64,000 nucleotides of DNA, taken from positions 576,001-640,000 of the forward strand of contig CAVYGB010000010.1 in the NCBI GenBank assembly GCA_963767925.1, in the 5' to 3' direction. The notes below the pieces were generated by a model. That model was given only the letters and a program-made list of their open reading frames with translations. It made no database searches and had not been told where the DNA came from. Shown in pieces: positions 9,074 to 19,072 of this stretch; within the stretch, counting starts at the first letter, position 1; each line of letters begins with the position of its first letter. Source of the DNA: an uncultured delta proteobacterium (lineage in GTDB: Bacteria; Myxococcota_A; Polyangia; Fen-1088). Made by a program: the position numbers and the translations under genes.

Positions 9074-10867
9074 ATGCGTGCTCGCCATGGATTTTGCGTT
9101 CTGCTCTCGCTCTCGGTGGGCGCCTGCCAGGCGTTCCGCCAGGCAGGGCCGGGTCTGACGCCCCCGCCCTGGTCGTCGACCCGGCTGACCGCCTTCGGCC
9201 CGGGCGCCCGGGCGCTCGTGATCGAGCGGAGCAGCAACGGGGGCGAAACCGAACGCTGGCTCGACGCCGGCGCCGCCCAGGACCAGGGCTACACGCTGAT
9301 CGACCTGTCGGACGACTTCACGCCCGTCATCTTCGCCCACCACAAGGACGCCGACGGACGGCTACAGGCCAACACCTACCGGACCACCTTCCTGGGCCTG
9401 GCCAACGACCGGCTGGACGGCGACGGCCAGCCGCTGGCCGCCGGCAGCGAGAACTACCTCGAGCTGTACGGCATCTTCCCCTCCCTCTCGGTGATCGGCC
9501 GCCGCTTCGCCGCCCAGGCGAACAAGACCTGCCTCGAGCCCGCGGCCCCCATCGCCGGCGGCAAGGCCCGCCCCGAGACCTACCAGGCGCTGGCCCGCCG
9601 CCTCACCTGCGAAGGTCTGCTGCCCGCCGACGCGGGCCACAAGGCCGGCAAGTTCGATCGGACCCTGCAGGTCGCGCTCAAGCGCTTCCAGCACAAGCAC
9701 ATGATCTACGAGGGCGCCCGCCTCAGCCGCGAGACGGTGGAGGCCCTCGGCCGCGATCTGCTGGCCAACAACCAGCGCGCCCTGCTGCGCGCGCTGCGCG
9801 AGCGCGTGGTGGCCGCGACCGGCATCCTGGAGGACGGCACCGGCTCGCGCTCGACCCTCGGCCCGGCGGCCAACCTGGTGGAGGACTACTCCGCGACGGT
9901 CGCCCGGTCCCTGGGGGTCGACACGCCGGAGGGGGCGGCGGCCTTCTTCCGCAAGCACCCGCCCGGCAGCTTCAACCGCTTCATCTTCGGCGTGAAGCTG
10001 CCGCCCTTGCCCGCCCACTACAACCCGGGCCTGCAGCTCAAGCTGGTCATCGACCGGGGCGACGTCTACTACGATCCGCCCTTCGACGAGGCGGGCAACC
10101 CCCAGCCCCAGGTGCGCAAGAAGCACCCCACCCTGGCGCTGGTCGGCGAGCTGGGGGGCAAGGAGCTCACCCTGGTCCGCTGGCGCACCACCATCGGGGG
10201 CTGGCGCCTCGAGCAGGCCAGCGACGGCCACGAATATTACCGCTACAAGGGCTCGGACGTCGGCGCGCGGGTGATGCGCCAGATCATCGCCGGCCCGGTC
10301 TGGCTGGCCCCCAACTCGACCCCCGTGCGCTCCCTGGTCAAGCGCAAATACGTCGGCGATCGCCTCCAGCACGTCGTCGACTACTCCGAGCTGGGCCCCG
10401 GGTACCTGTCGGCCTACGGCCTGGTGGCCGGCTACTTCGTCATCCCCGGCAAGAACGGCCGCCCCGACCGGGACAACGGCATCCGGGCCCACGGCTCGGC
10501 CGAATACCTGTCGATGTACAGCTCCGGGGGCTACTCACATGGTTGCCATCGGCTGCCCAACCACCTCGCCATCCGTCTCTACTCATTCCTGCTGCAGCGC
10601 CGGTCGGTGCGCGTGCGGGGCCAGCTCGACGGGGTGAGCCCCCGCCAGTTCCTGCACAGCGAGCGGGTCTTCGAGATCCGCACCCACTCCCGGGGCTACG
10701 GCTACGAGCTCGACCCCCCGCTGCCGATCGAGGTCCGCACCGGCACCGTGCGCGGCCTGCGCAAGCAACCAGTCGAGGAGTACGTCCCCCGCCCCGGCAT
10801 CCAGTACCCCGGCCCGCCCCCGCCCGTCCCCGGCGCCACCCCCGAACAGCTCGCCACCAACCCCTGA
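9074..10867 (+). CDS. L,D-transpeptidase (YkuD-like) lipoprotein with peptidoglycan-binding domain
   Basis: Lipobox SVGA-C; PG_binding_1-like GKFDRTLQVALKRFQ; catalytic IRAHGS...YSHGCHRL; GGAGGG SD. Confidence 0.8.
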   Translation: MRARHGFCVLLSLSVGACQAFRQAGPGLTPPPWSSTRLTAFGPGARALVIERSSNGGETERWLDAGAAQDQGYTLIDLSDDFTPVIFAHHKDADGRLQANTYRTTFLGLANDRLDGDGQPLAAGSENYLELYGIFPSLSVIGRRFAAQANKTCLEPAAPIAGGKARPETYQALARRLTCEGLLPADAGHKAGKFDRTLQVALKRFQHKHMIYEGARLSRETVEALGRDLLANNQRALLRALRERVVAATGILEDGTGSRSTLGPAANLVEDYSATVARSLGVDTPEGAAAFFRKHPPGSFNRFIFGVKLPPLPAHYNPGLQLKLVIDRGDVYYDPPFDEAGNPQPQVRKKHPTLALVGELGGKELTLVRWRTTIGGWRLEQASDGHEYYRYKGSDVGARVMRQIIAGPVWLAPNSTPVRSLVKRKYVGDRLQHVVDYSELGPGYLSAYGLVAGYFVIPGKNGRPDRDNGIRAHGSAEYLSMYSSGGYSHGCHRLPNHLAIRLYSFLLQRRSVRVRGQLDGVSPRQFLHSERVFEIRTHSRGYGYELDPPLPIEVRTGTVRGLRKQPVEEYVPRPGIQYPGPPPPVPGATPEQLATNP

Positions 10868-10980
10868 CCGCCTTTCCGCACCCTCCCCACACTTGGGGTG
10901 AGCCCAGCGCGCCCCTCGATCTCACCGTCGCAGCACCGGCTCGCTCGCGCGCGCCTTGACCGCCGCCGCCCGCCCCCAAC

Positions 10981-11036
10981 CCTGCCCGTTCGCCCTCGCC
11001 CCGCGCCAGCGGGGAGAGGGTCGGGGGTGCGGGGGG
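10981..11036 (+). repeat. REP-like palindromic element, copy C, between convergent genes
   Basis: CCTGCCCGTTCGCCCTCGCCCCGCGCCAGCGGGGAGAGGGTCGGGGG; near-identical to copy D. Confidence 0.8.
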
Positions 11037-11046
11037 TCTGAGCTGC

Positions 11047-11796
11047 TTACTTGAACGCCGGGAAGGCCTTGGCGGGCACGCAGAGGCGCGTGCCGCTGGT
11101 GCCGTCGGCGCTGGCGTCGCAGGCGTAGGCGAGGTCGGGGCTGAGCCCGCTGCCGGTCACCGGCTCGCAGGCCGCAGGGTTCGGCTTGCCCGTCGTCGGA
11201 TCGGGCATCCCCATCTGGTCGACCCCGTCGCCGCAGTGGAGCGCCGGGTAGACCGCCGAGACCTTGTAATTGACCGTGCAGTCGCCCTCCTTGCGGACCA
11301 GGTCCCCCCCGAAGTGGATGGCGTTCGAGGTCGCCATCACCATCATCTCCATGTTGCTCCACTTGTAGCTGATGGCGGTGGTGCCCATGGTGATGCTCGT
11401 CTCGCTGAGCGTCGGCGCCTTGCAGAGGTTGGCGGCGTCGGGCTCCACGGCGGTGTAGCGCCCGATGGAATACTCCATCCCGGTGGCCATCCCCGCCTTG
11501 ACCGCCTGGAACACGCTCTCGGGCTCGATGGCGAGCGAGGCGGTGCCCGCCGCGTCGCCCGGGGGCGAGCGGTAATACTGCAGGTTGAGGATCTCCCCGG
11601 TCAGCACCTTGCCGTCGCAGGCCCCCTGGGGCGTCCCCTGCACGGTGTAGCGGGCCGCGTATTGCGCCGACTGGGCCCGGCACAGGGGCCGGGGCTGGGT
11701 GGCGTCACAGCCGCCCGCCGCCAGCGCGGCCAGCGACAGCAGGGCTGGCGCGAAGATCCCTCCGCCCGTCCGGCCCGTCGTCGTCGTCCTTGGCAT
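11047..11796 (-). CDS. mlpA: Cys-rich lipoprotein, MlpA-like
   Basis: Lipobox LAAGG-C; QP..C, C..YKVSAVYP..C, GSGLSP, CVPAKAFPAFK pattern resembles Myxococcus MlpA as I recall it; directly downstream of the oar-like gene; GAGGAG SD. Confidence 0.72.
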   Translation of the reverse strand: MPRTTTTGRTGGGIFAPALLSLAALAAGGCDATQPRPLCRAQSAQYAARYTVQGTPQGACDGKVLTGEILNLQYYRSPPGDAAGTASLAIEPESVFQAVKAGMATGMEYSIGRYTAVEPDAANLCKAPTLSETSITMGTTAISYKWSNMEMMVMATSNAIHFGGDLVRKEGDCTVNYKVSAVYPALHCGDGVDQMGMPDPTTGKPNPAACEPVTGSGLSPDLAYACDASADGTSGTRLCVPAKAFPAFK

Positions 11797-11807
11797 GTGG
11801 CTCCTCA

Positions 11808-14800
11808 TCAAAACTCTCCTCGCAGGCCGAAGCGAAAGACCCGCGGCTCTTGCCAGGAGGTCGGTTTCTGGAAGTTGTCCCGGCGCTCGGCCGGCTGCTT
11901 GTCCGAGTTCTGGAGGCTGGGCAGGTCCGCCACCCGGTAGCCCTCCTTCGGATCGATATTGTCGTTGGTGTAGACCTCGTCGATCGAGGTCACCTTCTGC
12001 CAGTTGAGCAGGTTGAAGACATCCGCGGTGAGCGACAGCGAGGTCGAGCCCACGAGGGCCACCCGGTAGCTGAGCCGGAGGTCCAGCCCCGCCACCCAGG
12101 GCAGCCGCGGTCCGATCCCCCGCTGGACGATGTAGGCCTCCGAGGGGTAGGTGAAGCGATCGGTGCCTAGATAGCTGGTGGGCGCGCCCGAACGGACGCT
12201 CGCCGAGATGCCGGTGCCCAGCGCCTGGGTGCGGGTGAGCTGCCACTCCTTCGAGGCCAGGGCCTTCACGGTGTGGCGGATGTCGCCCTTGAGCGCCCCG
12301 TAGCGGTTGATCGGCACGTTGGGCGAGTCGAAGTCGGCCGTGCCGTTGGGTCCCAGGTAGCCGTCTTCGGGGGCGAACAGGCCGGCGTAGTTGCCCTTCA
12401 GGTAGCCGAGCGAATAGCTCGCCTGGGCCAGCCAGCCCTGGGAGAAGTTCTTCACCAGGTACGCGGTGAGGGCGTTGTAGTTCCGCTGGACCTTGGGGAA
12501 GGCCGCGCCCAGCCCGAAGCCGGGGTTGCCGGTGAACCCGGACAGCCCCGCCACCGGGGCCATGTCCTCGATCCAGTAGTTGATCCAGCGGCGGGTGTAG
12601 GTGACGCCCAGGCGGGCGTCGGGGAACACCTCGAACTCGGTGCCGGCCAGGAGCTCGTCGGAGGACGAGGCCCGGATGTCGGGGTCGAGGTTCCCGGGCA
12701 AGCCGCCGCCGGTGAAGATCTTGTTCGGGGCGCGGGGGTCCTCCTGGCTGTTGGGCCGCAGGTTCTCCCGGAGCTGGCACTCGTTGCGCTGCTGCGAGAG
12801 GATGCGGGGATCGCAGGCGTGGCCCCCGTGGAGCTGGGGCTCGCCGACCAGAATGACGTCGGCGAAGTCGAGCGGGGCGTTCTCGTAGTAGCGGGCGTAG
12901 CTGACGAACACCTTCGAGCGCCCGTCCTGGAGCGGGTCGTAGATGACCCCCAGGCGCGGCGACCACTGGTTCGGCAGGGACAGGCCGATGTTTCCCTCGG
13001 TGTTGTAGAAGTACTGGGCGTCGTAGCGCACGCCGAGGTTCACCGTGACCTTGTCGACGACGCTCCAGCTATCCTGGATGAAGCCGCCCACCGTGAGCGA
13101 CTGCGTCTTCTTGGTGAGGGGGTCGATGAAGTCGAAGTCGTCGGGCCCCTTGAGGATGCCGAAGCGCTCCTCGTCGTTGAACTGGCTGCCGTCCTCCGAC
13201 TCGGCGAAGACGCGGTTGCTCTTCTGGTTGCGGTAGCTGGTCAGCTCGCCGTCGAGGCCGAACTTGACCAGGTGGTGGCCCAGCAGGTTGGCCAGGTAGC
13301 TCACGATCACCGAGGTGTGGTAGCGGTTGTAGGTCGCCTCGGCGAGGTCGCGCGGCGAGCCGCTGACGTAGTCCTCGACGGTGCAGTCGGCCCCCGCTTC
13401 GCTGCACTTCTCCGACCCCGGGAACTTCTCGAACTCGGTGAGGTTGTGGTGGCCGCCCATGTCGGCCCGCCGCCGCCAGTTGACGTTGTAGTAGTAGCCG
13501 AGGTCGCCGGTCGAGGCGGAGGTCGCCCTCGACCCGTCGGCCGCCCGCCGCGAGTCGTTCTGGTAGTGGGTCCCCAGCATCACGTCGAGCAGCAGGCGCT
13601 TGCCCAGGAACTGCGAGTTCCATTTGAGCGAGGCGTCGATCGGCGTCGAGACGTACTGGTGGGCGCTGGCGCTGTAGGTCGTCGAGCCGCCTCCCTCGGG
13701 CGAGCCCGAGAGCGGATCGATCCCGTATTTGCCGGGGGTCACGCTGGTGCCATCGAAGGTGGCGCCGCCGCCCGAGCGGGTGGGAGTCCCGTAGGCCGCC
13801 AGGGTGAGGCGGTTGTCGGCGTTGATCGAATAGGTCAGCTTGGCGATGCCCTGGTAGGTGCGGGCGTCGGCCGTGTAGTCCTGCGAGTAGATCGGCGTCG
13901 GATCGATGGCGCCGTTCATGTCGCGGTAAAAGCGGCGGGCCACCTTGTAGCTCGTGTTCGACACGTCGAAGCCGGCGTAGAACCAGAGCTTGTCCTGGAG
14001 GATGGGGCCCCCGAGGTCGAGGCCGAAGTCACCGATGTACGAGAGCGTCGGCTGGGAGAAGACGCGGGTGAGGTCCTCGGGCGACCGCTCCCGCTTGCCC
14101 TCGAGCGCGCCCGGCGAGACGTAGCTCCAGACGCCGCCGTGGAACTCGTTCGAGCCCGACTTGGTGACGACGTTGAGGATGCCGCCGGTCGAGCGCCCGA
14201 ACTCGGGCAGATAGCCGGCGGTGACGACGTTGACCTCCTCGACGAACTCGCTCGAGAGCTGGGTGCCGAGCACACCCTTGCCGGGGTTGCCCACCGACAG
14301 GCCGTCGACCGAGTAGTGGTTCTCCGGCGAGGTGGCGCCGTTGATCCCGACGCCGTAGCTGTCGGCCGAGGCGGTGGGGGCCAGGGTGGCGACCGACTCG
14401 ATGGTGCGCGAGGCGGAGCCCTTGCCCCCCGGCGCCGCCACCGGCACCCGCTTGAGCAGCGCCGAGCTGAGGGTGGTGCTGGTGGTGCTCGAGCCGACGT
14501 CGACCGTGGGCCGCACCGTCAGCACGATGTCCTCCTGCTTCTGGGTCGACGCCACCAGGGCGGCGTTGACCCGCAAGGTGACGTCGGAGCGAACGGCGAT
14601 GCCCCCCTGCTGGCCGGGGAAATACCCGTCCTTGTCGAAGTTGATCGTGTAGACGCCGGGCGGAAGGTTCGGGATGCGGTACAGCCCGGCGTCGTCGCTG
14701 GCGGCGATCTGCTCCTCTTGCAGGGCGGGCGATTGCACCATCACGATCACGCCCGACAGCGGCTGCCGGGTGTTGTTGTCCATCACCACCCCCGTCAGGA

Positions 14801-14939
14801 CCCCCGCCCCTTGCTGCGCGGCTGCCGTCCCCGCCTGCAGGAGCAGAGCGGACAGGACGAGCACCGTCAGCGGAAACCGAGAACGTTTGCACTCACGGAC
14901 GAACGAAGGTCCGGAAAGTGCCAGGTCGCGACTTGGCAT
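11808..14939 (-). CDS. oar: Oar-like TonB-dependent transporter
   Basis: Signal peptide, CarboxypepD_reg-like N-terminus, GATSPEN, YLPEFGRSTGGILNVVTKSGSNEF, NQWSPRLGVIYDP, C-terminal FGLRGEF; synteny with mlpA and tonB. Confidence 0.8.
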   Translation of the reverse strand: MPSRDLALSGPSFVRECKRSRFPLTVLVLSALLLQAGTAAAQQGAGVLTGVVMDNNTRQPLSGVIVMVQSPALQEEQIAASDDAGLYRIPNLPPGVYTINFDKDGYFPGQQGGIAVRSDVTLRVNAALVASTQKQEDIVLTVRPTVDVGSSTTSTTLSSALLKRVPVAAPGGKGSASRTIESVATLAPTASADSYGVGINGATSPENHYSVDGLSVGNPGKGVLGTQLSSEFVEEVNVVTAGYLPEFGRSTGGILNVVTKSGSNEFHGGVWSYVSPGALEGKRERSPEDLTRVFSQPTLSYIGDFGLDLGGPILQDKLWFYAGFDVSNTSYKVARRFYRDMNGAIDPTPIYSQDYTADARTYQGIAKLTYSINADNRLTLAAYGTPTRSGGGATFDGTSVTPGKYGIDPLSGSPEGGGSTTYSASAHQYVSTPIDASLKWNSQFLGKRLLLDVMLGTHYQNDSRRAADGSRATSASTGDLGYYYNVNWRRRADMGGHHNLTEFEKFPGSEKCSEAGADCTVEDYVSGSPRDLAEATYNRYHTSVIVSYLANLLGHHLVKFGLDGELTSYRNQKSNRVFAESEDGSQFNDEERFGILKGPDDFDFIDPLTKKTQSLTVGGFIQDSWSVVDKVTVNLGVRYDAQYFYNTEGNIGLSLPNQWSPRLGVIYDPLQDGRSKVFVSYARYYENAPLDFADVILVGEPQLHGGHACDPRILSQQRNECQLRENLRPNSQEDPRAPNKIFTGGGLPGNLDPDIRASSSDELLAGTEFEVFPDARLGVTYTRRWINYWIEDMAPVAGLSGFTGNPGFGLGAAFPKVQRNYNALTAYLVKNFSQGWLAQASYSLGYLKGNYAGLFAPEDGYLGPNGTADFDSPNVPINRYGALKGDIRHTVKALASKEWQLTRTQALGTGISASVRSGAPTSYLGTDRFTYPSEAYIVQRGIGPRLPWVAGLDLRLSYRVALVGSTSLSLTADVFNLLNWQKVTSIDEVYTNDNIDPKEGYRVADLPSLQNSDKQPAERRDNFQKPTSWQEPRVFRFGLRGEF

Positions 14940-15126
14940 GTGGCCTCCAGGAGTCGAGTTCGGAAAGAACGGCTCAGGCGTCGGCTCGATCGGGCAGCAC
15001 GTTAGGGCAGCCTCGATGGAGGGTCAAGTGCGGCAAGTGAGGCGCCGACGCTCCCCGTTAGTGCCCAAATGGCCGATTTAACTGTGTCGAATCGTTCCCG
15101 CTCAGGTTCTGTCTATAGTAGGTGCG

Positions 15127-15825
15127 ATGGCTTTCGATGCCTTCCTGGGGACACAGACCGCCAAGCCGCGCAAGTGGCGGCGGATCACCTTCATGCTCTC
15201 GTTCGGCCTGCACGCCGCGCTCCTGGTGGTCGGCGCAGTCTACTCTTTCTGGCACGTCGACGAGCTGTCGCCCCCCTCGGTGACGGTGACCTTCCTCGCC
15301 GCCGCCCCGCCGCCGCCGCCCCCCCCTCCCCCGCCGAAGAGAAAGAAGACCCAGGTCAAGCCGCGGCCAACCGAGGTCGTGCAGCCCAAGCCGGATCAGA
15401 TCATCCAGCCCAAGGAGCAGCCGCCTCCCGAGGAGGAAGAGGAGGAAGAGGGCGTCGAAGGGGGCGTCGAGGGCGGCGTGCCCGGCGGCGTTGTCGGCAG
15501 CACCGGCGAGGCCACCGGCCCGGTGATGGTGGCGCCCAACGTGGGCACCGGCCAGCGGCTCAGCGACCTCAGCGATCCCCGCTTCAAGCCCGGCCTGCCG
15601 CCCGCGCTCAACCGCGCCGGCATGATGTTCTGGGGCATGTTCAAGATCTGCGTCTCGGCCCAGGGCCGGGTCAGCGAGGTCAAGGTCATCAAGCCCGCCG
15701 ACCCGCTGGTCGACAACGAGTGGATCGCCAAGATCAAGCTCTGGGAGTACCGCCCCTACACGCTCAACGGCCGCCCGGTCCCCTTCTGCCACCCCGCCCG
15801 CATCGAAGTGCGATCGCAGGGCTGA
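15127..15825 (+). CDS. tonB: TonB-family energy transducer
   Basis: N-terminal TM with S..LH motif, poly-Pro spacer, GVEGGVEGGVPGGVVG, TonB_C-like GRVSEVKVIK...WEYRPYTLNGRPVP. Confidence 0.8.
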   Translation: MAFDAFLGTQTAKPRKWRRITFMLSFGLHAALLVVGAVYSFWHVDELSPPSVTVTFLAAAPPPPPPPPPPKRKKTQVKPRPTEVVQPKPDQIIQPKEQPPPEEEEEEEGVEGGVEGGVPGGVVGSTGEATGPVMVAPNVGTGQRLSDLSDPRFKPGLPPALNRAGMMFWGMFKICVSAQGRVSEVKVIKPADPLVDNEWIAKIKLWEYRPYTLNGRPVPFCHPARIEVRSQG

Positions 15826-15830
15826 GCGTC

Positions 15831-15862
15831 CCCCGGGGCCGAGGGGCGCCCCTGGGTTTTTT
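15831..15862 (+). terminator. Probable intrinsic terminator after tonB
   Basis: CCCCGGGGC...GCCCCTGGG stem followed by TTTTTT. Confidence 0.55.
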
Positions 15863-15930
15863 CCCCCGGCCACGGTAAGACCAGCGGCCGTGTCTGCCGC
15901 GAACCTCTCTCCCCGGCGCCGCCGGGGCCT

Positions 15931-17040
15931 GTGCCCATGATCGTCGACGCGGTGGCGGTGCGGGCCTGCCTGCTGGGTGCGCTGGCCCTGGCCGCGGTGT
16001 CGGCCGGCGTGCGGGCGAGCTTCTCCGGGCGCGACGGCGCCGCTTACCTGGGCATCGCCCTGCTGATGTGGCTGGTCGTGATCGGCGTGCTGGGTTGGCT
16101 GCGCGGGGAGGAGAGGCACCGGGGGCCGCTCGGCGCCGCCACGACGCTGACCCTGCTGCGGGGCTGGCTGACCGCCGGCCTGGCCGGGTTCATCGTCGTG
16201 CCGCCGCAGGAGGGGTTCTGGGCCTGGGTGCCCGCCACGTTCTACACGATCGCGGCGCTCTGCGATCTTGTCGACGGCTACGTGGCCCGCAAGCTGGGGC
16301 AGGAGTCGGCGCTGGGCGGGCGGCTCGACGTCATCCTCGACGCCCTCGGGCTTGTGGTGGGGCCGCTGGCCGCCATCGCCCTCGGGCGGCTGCCCCCCTG
16401 GTACCTGCTGGTAGGCGCGGCCTATTACCTGTTCCACCTCGGCCTGTGGTGGCGGCGCCGGCGCGGCCTGCCGAGCTACCTCGAGCGGCTCAAGCCCAGC
16501 CTGCACACCCGCATGTACGCCGGCTACCAGATGGGCCTGGTGGCCACCGCCCTGTTCCCGGTGCTGGGCCCACCCGGCACCTTCATCACCGCCACCTTCT
16601 TCATGGTGCCCAACCTGGCCCTCTTCCTGCGCGACTACCTGGTGACCACCGACCGCCTCGACCCCGACAGCCCCGCCCACCTCGGCCTGCAGGCCGCCAT
16701 CGCCGGCGCCGCCTGGCGGATCTTGCCCCTGGCGCGGGTGGCGGCCGCCGCCGGCCTGGCCCTGCTGATCCTTCGCGGCGCCCTGCCGGCCTGGCTGCTC
16801 CTCCTCGCCCTGCTGCTCGTGCTGGGGGTCGGCACCCGCGTCGTCGCCTTCGGGGCGGCCATCGCGGTGGCCTGGCTGCTGGCCCGGGAGCCTTCGACTC
16901 TCGTGCTCGGCACTTACCTGGCGATGATGTTGCCGCTGCTGGGGGGCGCGGGGGCGCTGGCCCTCTGGACCCCGGAGGAGCGCTGGATGCTCAGCCGCGC
17001 CGGCGAGCGCCCGCGCAGCCAGGCACCCGTGGAGAAGTGA
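15931..17040 (+). CDS. CDP-alcohol phosphatidyltransferase family membrane protein with C-terminal membrane extension
   Basis: DLVDGYVARKLGQESALGGRLDVILD matches the D-x2-DG-x2-AR...G...D...D signature; many TM segments. Confidence 0.85.
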   Translation: MPMIVDAVAVRACLLGALALAAVSAGVRASFSGRDGAAYLGIALLMWLVVIGVLGWLRGEERHRGPLGAATTLTLLRGWLTAGLAGFIVVPPQEGFWAWVPATFYTIAALCDLVDGYVARKLGQESALGGRLDVILDALGLVVGPLAAIALGRLPPWYLLVGAAYYLFHLGLWWRRRRGLPSYLERLKPSLHTRMYAGYQMGLVATALFPVLGPPGTFITATFFMVPNLALFLRDYLVTTDRLDPDSPAHLGLQAAIAGAAWRILPLARVAAAAGLALLILRGALPAWLLLLALLLVLGVGTRVVAFGAAIAVAWLLAREPSTLVLGTYLAMMLPLLGGAGALALWTPEERWMLSRAGERPRSQAPVEK

Positions 17041-17132
17041 CCTTCGGGTTCGACACGTCTGAAAACGTCCCTTTGCCCACAGGCTGCTGGCGCCGCAGGC
17101 GGCGCTTCCGTTCGGGGCGGACTTGGGCTCAA

Positions 17133-18092
17133 ATGCGGCCCATGAAGCGCGCGGCGTTGTTGCTCTTGTTGTTCACGGCGTCCTCGTGCCGGTCGTCGCA
17201 GGCGGCGGCCCCGGCCGCCACCGAGACCAAGGGGCGCCTGCTGGGCATCGCCCACATGGCCCTGTTCGTGAGCGACCTGGCCAAGTCGCGGGTATTTTAC
17301 CGGGACTTCCTCGGCTTCGGCGAGCCCTTCGCCCTGCCCAAGGAAGACGGCAGCGACCGGATCGCCTTCATCAAGGTCAACGACGAGCAATACATCGAGC
17401 TGTTCGCCGAGCCGCCCCGCACCGACGGGCGGGTCTACCACATCTCGTTTTACACCGACGACGCCGAGGCCCTGCGCAAGCGGCTGGGCGCCAAGGGGAT
17501 CACGGTGCCGCCGAAGCTCGGGGTCGGCAAGATCCGCAACACCCAGTTCGGCATCAAGGACCCCGACGGCCACGACCTGGAGCTGGTGCAATACCTACCC
17601 GAGGGCTGGTCGGTGCGAGAGAAGGGCAAGTTCATGCCCGACACGCGCATCTCCGCCCGCATCGCCCACCTCGGCGTCCTGGTCGGCAAGCTCTCGCCCT
17701 CGATGAAGTTCTACGGTGACCTGCTCGGCTTTCAGGAGACCTGGCGCGGCGGCCCCTCCCCGAAGGTGCTGAGCTGGGTCAACATGAAGCTGCCCCACGG
17801 CGACGACTACCTCGAGCTGATGCTCTACGACAAGCTGCCGCCCCCCGAGGAGCGCGGCGGCAAGAACCACATCTGCCTGGTGGTGCCCGACATCCAGAAG
17901 GCGGTGGCCCTGCTCGAGGCGCGCCCCGCTCGCAAGAGCTACCCGCGGCCCATCGAGATCAAGGTCGGCGTCAACCGGAAGCGCCAGGCGAACCTGTTCG
18001 ACCCCGACGGCACCCGCGTCGAGCTGATGGAGCCCAACACCATCGACGGCAAGCCGACGCCCCCCTCCAAGGCCCCCCCGCCCTTGCACTAG
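17133..18092 (+). CDS. Two-domain VOC (glyoxalase/bleomycin-resistance family) protein with lipoprotein-type signal
   Basis: GIAHMALFVSDL, HISF, DPDGHDLEL; second module IAHLG, NHICL, DPDGTRVEL; N-terminal LLLLLFTASS-C (alternative start 17142). Confidence 0.85.
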   Translation: MRPMKRAALLLLLFTASSCRSSQAAAPAATETKGRLLGIAHMALFVSDLAKSRVFYRDFLGFGEPFALPKEDGSDRIAFIKVNDEQYIELFAEPPRTDGRVYHISFYTDDAEALRKRLGAKGITVPPKLGVGKIRNTQFGIKDPDGHDLELVQYLPEGWSVREKGKFMPDTRISARIAHLGVLVGKLSPSMKFYGDLLGFQETWRGGPSPKVLSWVNMKLPHGDDYLELMLYDKLPPPEERGGKNHICLVVPDIQKAVALLEARPARKSYPRPIEIKVGVNRKRQANLFDPDGTRVELMEPNTIDGKPTPPSKAPPPLH

Positions 18093-18150
18093 CGGCCTCG
18101 CCGGGCGCGCCGCGGCCAGCCCACTTCGTGCTACCGTCCCGGCCGCATCC

Positions 18151-19059
18151 ATGGCCGCGAACCTCCACCGATACCTCACCGCGAAGAAGACGGTCGACGA
18201 CCGCGCCCTGAACCAGCATGTCGTCGACCGGCTGCGCGCGGAGATCGCCAGCCGCGACGTCGTGAAGCTGCGCGTGCTTGAGGTCGGGGCCGGCCTCGGC
18301 ACGATGGTGGCCCGCCTCATCGAGTGGGGCGTGCTCAAGCGGGCCGAATACACCCTGCTCGACGTCGATCCCGAGCTGCTCGAGGACGCCCGCGCCTGGC
18401 TGCTCGACTGGGCCGGCCGCCGGAGCCTGCGGGCCATGGGCCACGCCGACGGAGTCGAGATCCAGGGCGACGGTGGGCTCGACCTCCGGGTCCACCTCGT
18501 GCAGGCCGAGCTCAACGCCTTCGTCGACCAGGCCCCCCGGCTGGCCCGGGCCGACCTGCTGATCGCCAACGCCGTGCTCGACCTCGTCGAGGTGCCCAAG
18601 CTGCTGCCCCGCCTGTTCGAGCTGGCGGTCCCCCATGGCCTGTACTGGTTCTCGGTCAACTACGACGGCGAGACCATCTTCCAGCCCGAACACGCCGACG
18701 ACGAGGCCTTCATGCGCCTGTTTCACCGGAGCATGGACGAGCGGGTGCGCTACGGGCGCCCGGCCGGGGAGAGCCGCACCGGCCGCCACCTGTTCGGCCA
18801 CCTGCGCGCGGTGGGGGCCAGCGTGCTGGCGGCGGGCGCCTCCGACTGGGTGGTCCACCCCGGCGAGCGGGGCTACGAGGCCGACGAGGCCCACTTCCTC
18901 CACCTCATCCTCGACACGATCGGCGAGGCGCTCGCCCAGTACCCCGAGGCCGACCCGCAGCGGGTGTCGACCTGGCTGGGCCTGCGCCGCCTGCAGGTCG
19001 ACCACGCCGAGCTCACCTACCTGGCCCACCAGCTCGACTTCCTCGGCCGCTGCCCCTGA
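18151..19059 (+). CDS. Class I SAM-dependent methyltransferase
   Basis: VLEVGAGLG motif I, LLDVD motif II, DLLIANAVLDL. Confidence 0.85.
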   Translation: MAANLHRYLTAKKTVDDRALNQHVVDRLRAEIASRDVVKLRVLEVGAGLGTMVARLIEWGVLKRAEYTLLDVDPELLEDARAWLLDWAGRRSLRAMGHADGVEIQGDGGLDLRVHLVQAELNAFVDQAPRLARADLLIANAVLDLVEVPKLLPRLFELAVPHGLYWFSVNYDGETIFQPEHADDEAFMRLFHRSMDERVRYGRPAGESRTGRHLFGHLRAVGASVLAAGASDWVVHPGERGYEADEAHFLHLILDTIGEALAQYPEADPQRVSTWLGLRRLQVDHAELTYLAHQLDFLGRCP

Positions 19060-19072
19060 AGCCGCGGGCGCC

